Positions 58,717 to 64,000 of a stretch of 64,000 nt of DNA are shown piece after piece. The position numbers were made by a program, and so were the translations under genes. Source of the stretch: Macrostomum lignano (lineage: Eukaryota); assembly GCA_002269645.1 (NCBI GenBank), contig NIVC01000157.1, positions 1 to 64,000 of the forward strand, read 5' to 3'. Below the pieces are notes generated by a model that did not search any database, was not told the origin of the DNA, and saw only the letters and a program-made list of their open reading frames with translations. The stretch's first letter is position 1; the number at the start of each line of letters is the position of its first letter.

Positions 58717-58789
58717 AGATTGTAGGGGCAGCACCAGTCACAGCCGCTTCCGCATCAGCCACAATCACGCCAGCATCAGCAGCATCACA

Positions 58790-61700
58790 ATGGCATCAAA
58801 ACGCCCAGCCGCTGAAGCCGCCATTTCAGCCTTGTGGGGGCAGGCTGGCCCCTCCAGGCAGCAACCACAGCATCAGCCTCTGCCCGCAAAGAGGGGACGA
58901 CAGCTAGGTGAGTCTTGCAAGTCTGTGTAAAAATTTCTTTTTCATCTTTATCTTTTACGAAACTCGGGATTATTGAATAATATAGGGCTGTTCTCTGTAA
59001 AAACTGTTTTTTTCATCTTTGGCATTCATTTGGCTTCGCAAACTCAAAATAAGGCTTATTGAAATAATAGGAGGCCCCGCTGTAAAACTGCTTTTCACCG
59101 GCAGTGATAAAATCAACCCCGATTTTTGGGCTCAGCATGATGATGTAATCACCGCGGTGGCAGGTATTCTAGCGGCGCAGTGATAAAATCAACCCCTGAT
59201 TTCGGGCATGATGATGTAATCACCGCTGCAATTGACAGTAGGGGTTTTGGCAGCAATAAAACTTGGCTGCTACAGTGAGGGTTATTAATCAGACAGTTTT
59301 AAAATCCAAAAGCGGCCGCGCGGTATTGTTGCTAGGTGTCAAGGAGGCACAATGGAGACACGTGCTGATAGGGGTTTTACAATGTCTGCTGCAGCAGGAT
59401 CAGTGTTATCAGGGTCATCAATCAAACATTTTTGACAGCCTAAAATTCGAAGCGGGGGTCAATCAACCCCACATTTCTTTTGTTGCTACGTGTCGGAACG
59501 TGTCGAGTTGGGGTTTTTACAACTCGCCGATTTTCGTTGCTTGGGGTGGGGCGATAAAATTGCTGCTGCTGCAGGCAATCAATCAAAACTTTTTGACAGT
59601 TGTAAAATTCCAAGCGGTCAGAATTTTAGTCACCATGCGCATTTTTATTGCAGATTTGGCTCAATTTCAACCCCCGCCCCAGCCCGACACTGTCGAAGGT
59701 GATGGTAAGGAGTTGATTTCATGAGTCATACACCCACCGCCTCTCGCAATTCTAATTTCAAAACCCTCCATTTTTCAGGCTTCATTGCGCGTCTTGGCGG
59801 GGCGAAAGCCCTGCCAAAATTTAAGGCAAAAGGCTACGAATATGTAGTGACATTCACCGCAGCAGCAGATACTACCGATATTCGTTCCACGTTTGAGGGC
59901 ATTATTTCTGTGCTCTGCTCAGATTTGCAAGCCGACGATTTCATCTCGGCCAAACTAACGGCCGACAACATGCTGCTCACGGTTAATGTACCGCCAGTCC
60001 GCCGCAGCCGCTTCACTGCAGAGCTGATATTTAAACATATCAACAAGGTTCTGCAGTCGGACTCCAGTGTCTTGGGCAACAACTTTAAATTGTTTTTGCT
60101 CAAGGCCTGGGTCCCGCGGGGCGGCTGCGGCAGCCTTTCGGGGTTGATGTGCTCCCCCAACTGCTCGCAGTCCTGAACGCCCAGTCACCCGGCCGGGATT
60201 TCGGCGCCCGCGTGTACAGTGCCGAGGAGGGCAATACGTGCGTGTACGCCCTACCCGGCCGCGAAGTGCTGAATCTGCACCTAATTGGCGAGCACTTTAA
60301 CGCTGTTTGCAAAGTGCCGCCATTTTTCGGGGCCCGCCGCTATTGCGACCGCTGCCAGCAGCCGTACGACTGCGTGTCTGGAGGGCACAAATGCGCCAAC
60401 ACCTGCCCTCAATGCAAAGTGCCCGGCTCCAATTGCAAGAGCCTGCGGTGCGACTACAAGCGCTGCGCTGATTGTGGCCTCAAGTGCTACAATCCGCAGT
60501 GTTTTGAGAACCACCGCCGAAAGAACCGGGCCGGCAGGTCTCGCTGCGACTCTGTCCGAGTCTGCCCCAAATGCGGATATTTGGAGGAGATGAAAGTTGG
60601 GCAAAGGGAGCCGGAGCACAAGTGCGGCCACATCAAATGCCCACTGTGTAAACAGTATGATGAGGCCGGCTCGCATTTGTGCTTCGTCAAGGCTCCCAAA
60701 GTGAAAGCATCGACTATGCCGTACGTGTTTTACGATACGGAAACATACACGGACGAGGAGAAGCAGCATCACGTGCATCTGGTGACTGCCGTCACGTGCT
60801 GCGAGACCTGCTCCGGCCGGGCGTTTCCGCGCGAGACTTGCCGCCTCTGCAATGGCCTGCATAGCGCCGCCAATTGTCTGACTGGCTGCGATCTGGGGGA
60901 GGAATTCTCCAATTGCGTCAGCCACTCAGACTGCGCCTGCCAAATGGCCGATTTTGTGTCTGTGGGCCCGGCCTCGCTGAATGCGTTTTTCGCCTGGCTG
61001 AGCACCACATTCCGAGGCGGCGCCATTGTTGTAGCGCACAATGCATCAGGCTACGATTCGTTCCTACTGCTTGGCGCTCTACTCAACGGCCTGGCCAAGA
61101 AGCGGCCACAAGTACTGTTCCAGGGCAGCCGGCTAATGAGCATGACGGTTGACAAATTGGTATTCAAAGATTCGTTAAATTTTATACCAATCCCGCTTGC
61201 GCAATTCCCAAAAGCGCTGGGGCTCGCTGACACAAAGCTGGCCAAGGGTACGTTTCCCCACGAGTTTAACAAGCCGGCTAATTGGAACTACGTGGGCTCC
61301 TACCCGGCTATTGAATATTATGGCGGCAAAGCAAACAAGGACTATGACTCAATCTGTGCTTGGCTAGCCTCGCGACAGGGCGAGTTGTTCAACTTTAATC
61401 GGGAATATCTCGATTATTGTTTGAGCGACACAGTCCTGCTTCGCGAGGGCTGTATCAAGTACAGGGCAATAATTGGAGACATTTGCGACGGCCTGGAACC
61501 ATTTGTACAGGCCAATACGATTGCCAGTTTGGCAATGGCCGTTTTCACCACCCGGTTTATGGAGCCCAACTCGGTCGGCGTGATTGCCCGGCAGGCCGAC
61601 CAGCAGTCATTTAAGGCGCGCAAGTGGCTGACTTATTTGAATGCCACCGAATTTGGCGGGCGGCTGCGCACCTGCGACTCGACTGGCGGCGAGGCTGTCA

Positions 61701-63552
61701 TTCTCGGCCGCAAGGTGGACGGCTTCGATGAGGCCAGCAACACTGTTTTGCAGTTTCATGGCTGTTTCTACCATGGCTGCGAGCAGTGTATGCCTGATCA
61801 GGATGTCGTCCACCCACTCAAACGGCAGCCTCTGAGCCATATCCGCCACGAGACTGAGTGGTTCACTCGCGAGTTGGAGCGGCACAATTACAGTGTTCGA
61901 GTCATTTGGGAGCACGAATACGACACTGTATTGGCATCGCATGCCGACTTTATCGCCGCAACTGCCCATCTGCGCGCTCCACTCAAGATGGAAGATGCGC
62001 TCTACGGCGGCCGCGTAGAGTGCTTTATCCCGCATGCTGTGGCCAGCGAGACTGAGACTCTCAAATATCGGGATGTGGTGAGTAGTGATACTACTAATAT
62101 AGTAGAATATTTTGCAAAAAAATACAGTTTATGAAAAAATAATGCTTTATTTCAACTGGCAGGTCTCTCTGTACCCGACGGTGCAGTCGAAAGACCCGTA
62201 CCCGATTGGCCACCCGGTGCAACATCCGACGCCGCAAGTGCTAGATTCTGACGCGCTGGCTAGTTACTTTGGTATTGCCAAGGTGACTGTGTTGCCGCCG
62301 TCAAATTTGCACATTCCGCTGCTGCCGTACAGAGTGCAAAAGAAGCTCTTTTTTGGGCTTTGCCGCACCTGTATGGAGCAGCAGTGCGGCGAGTGCTGCG
62401 ACCACTCAGACGAGCAGCGGGCACTGACTGGTACCTGGGCCACGCCAGAGCTGCGGAAGGCCTTCCAGTTGGGCTACCGGCTGCAGGTGGTGCACGCGCT
62501 GGCCTACTGGACAGAGCAGCGGACGGGCCTGTTCGGTGACTATGTCAGCACCTTCCTCAAGCTGAAGGCCGAATCGAGCGGCTCCCCTGGCATGTCGGAT
62601 GAGGACAAGGCCGCCTACATTGCCGATTTCTTTGCAAAGGAGGGCGTCACGCTGGACAAGGTCGAGCCCAACCCAGGACTTCGCTTTGTAGCGAAAATCT
62701 TTTTGAATTCGTAAGTATTCATAAATTTTGTTTTTTAAATGATTTTCTTCTACTATCAGTAGCACTTCCTTTCACAACACACAGGCTCTGGGGCAAATTT
62801 TGTCAGCGTGACGACCTGACATCGACCGAAATAGTATCCAGCTACGAGGACTGGCTCGCCCGGCTGACCGACCCCAACCTCAAAGTCAAGGCCTGCGAAC
62901 CGGTTGGCAGCGAGTTTATGCTGCTAGAGTACCGGCACCGCTATTTTAATCAGCGGCCGTTCCGGTACTCCAACGTACCGATCGGGGTCTTTACGACCAC
63001 GCAGGCCCGGCTGCGCCTGTACGAGGCATTGGAGGGGCTCGGCGAACGGGCCATTTACTGCGGCACTGACTCGTAAGTATTGCATTGGGAAAATTCTTTT
63101 AGAATTGATTACATGTAAATTAGCAAGTTGGCAATTATCTCGTTTTCTCTCCCCCACACAGGGTCGTTTACCGGCATTCCGAGGGCCAATGGGAGCCGCC
63201 CCATGGCACGAGCCTCGGAATGTGGACCGATGAGGTGCCCGCAGGCAGCCGGATGACCGACTTTGTAAGTGGGGGGCCCAAGCTCTACACTTACATTGTC
63301 GAGGATGCGGCCGGTGTCCGGAGTCAGGTCCTGAAGTGCAAGGGCATCCGCCTGACTCCAGAGATTCGGGAGCGCAGCGATGAATTGCGCAGTGCCCTAC
63401 TACACGGCGGCTCCCTGCAGCTGCCGCAGCTTCAGTTTAGGCGCGACAAGGCGTCTTGTACCATACACACTGTTAGTATGGACAAGACGTTTCAGCGCGT
63501 CCTGACGAAGCGCGTGTACGGGGCCTGCAGCAGGCCTTATGGTTATAAATAA
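58790..63552 (+). CDS. polB: Protein-primed family-B DNA polymerase (Polinton type), about 1210 aa, 5 exons, one frameshift near 60125-60148
   Basis: Exons 58790-58907, 59779-62077, 62163-62710, 62785-63072 and 63162-63552 with GTGAGT/GTAAGT donors and YAG acceptors. Motifs: ExoI FYDTET, ExoII AHNASGYD, FKDS, KGTFPH, ExoIII YCLSD, Vsr-like FHGCFYHGC, YGGRVE, motif A YRDV^VSLYP, motif B KIFLNS^LWGK, motif C YCGTDS^VVY, GPKLY and KCKG. Confidence 0.93.
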
Positions 63553-64000
63553 TGTGGCCCTTGCTTAATAAATATCTTGTTAAATTTGACTGAGTAAAAT
63601 CTATTTATTGTTGTACATATTTTGCATGTTAAATTAATGAAGAGTTACATACTACTATACAAATGTACATAAAGCATTTTTGTATTGTATGCAGCGAAAT
63701 TGCCAATGTAAAAATCTATTGTACATATTTTGCGTGTCAAACTTGTTTAAAATCATTTATGAAAAGAAAATTAATGAAAAACAATTTAAAATTTTCTGTA
63801 TATTCTATTTGCTGGTAATGCTGTACATAAATTATTTCCTGTAATATGCTACTGATTTAATGTAAATATATCTTCATTGTAAATACTTATACATGATGTA
63901 CGCTACACGGTTAGTTGACTCATTTGGTAGTAGATGAGATTAGTAATTCTCGCCTCTGCGTACATGTAGTATTGTACATGTAATTTTGGTGCGCGCGCGC

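Larger units (their letters stand above)
54641..64000. mobile_element. Polinton/Maverick-related pPolB element with terminal inverted repeat (right end outside the window)
   Basis: Encodes a protein-primed PolB. 54924-54964 is the exact reverse complement of 63960-64000, with further patchy matches inward to about 54987/63913. AGTAGT, a typical Polinton terminus, occurs at 54641 and is taken as a tentative left end. Confidence 0.8.

Noticed and set aside
59263-59724. 153-aa minus-strand ORF
   Set aside because: Lies antisense within PolB intron 1, with no motif and a non-ATG start.

Overview
Eukaryotic (invertebrate animal) genomic DNA. GC-rich exons, 74-110 nt minimal introns and minisatellite-swollen introns are reminiscent of a free-living flatworm such as Macrostomum, which is my inference and cannot be proven from this window. 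Host genes: (1) the 5' half of a spectraplakin/plectin-family gene on the minus strand (14066 to about 43), whose CH1 exons are intact but whose CH2/plakin/SH3 exons carry several frame breaks, plus a candidate internal transmembrane first exon; (2) an intact 3-exon SURF2; (3) an intact 11-exon SLC6 monoamine transporter (679 aa); (4) an intact 7-exon WDR3/UTP12 (983 aa, minus strand); (5) a small PPxY membrane-protein exon. There are many micro- and minisatellites, a tRNA-derived CORE-like SINE and a hAT-like non-autonomous element. The most notable feature lies at about 54.6-64 kb: a Polinton/Maverick-related element bounded by an inverted repeat. It carries a protein-primed family-B DNA polymerase split by four spliceosomal introns, three of them inside catalytic motifs A, B and C. 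It also carries an intact dUTPase, a PC4-like ssDNA-binding protein, a 219-aa orphan and a 47-codon exon under purifying selection. All genes are transcribed outward from a central bidirectional promoter with two identical TATA 12-mers. No integrase, capsid, packaging ATPase or adenain protease is recognisable between the repeats.
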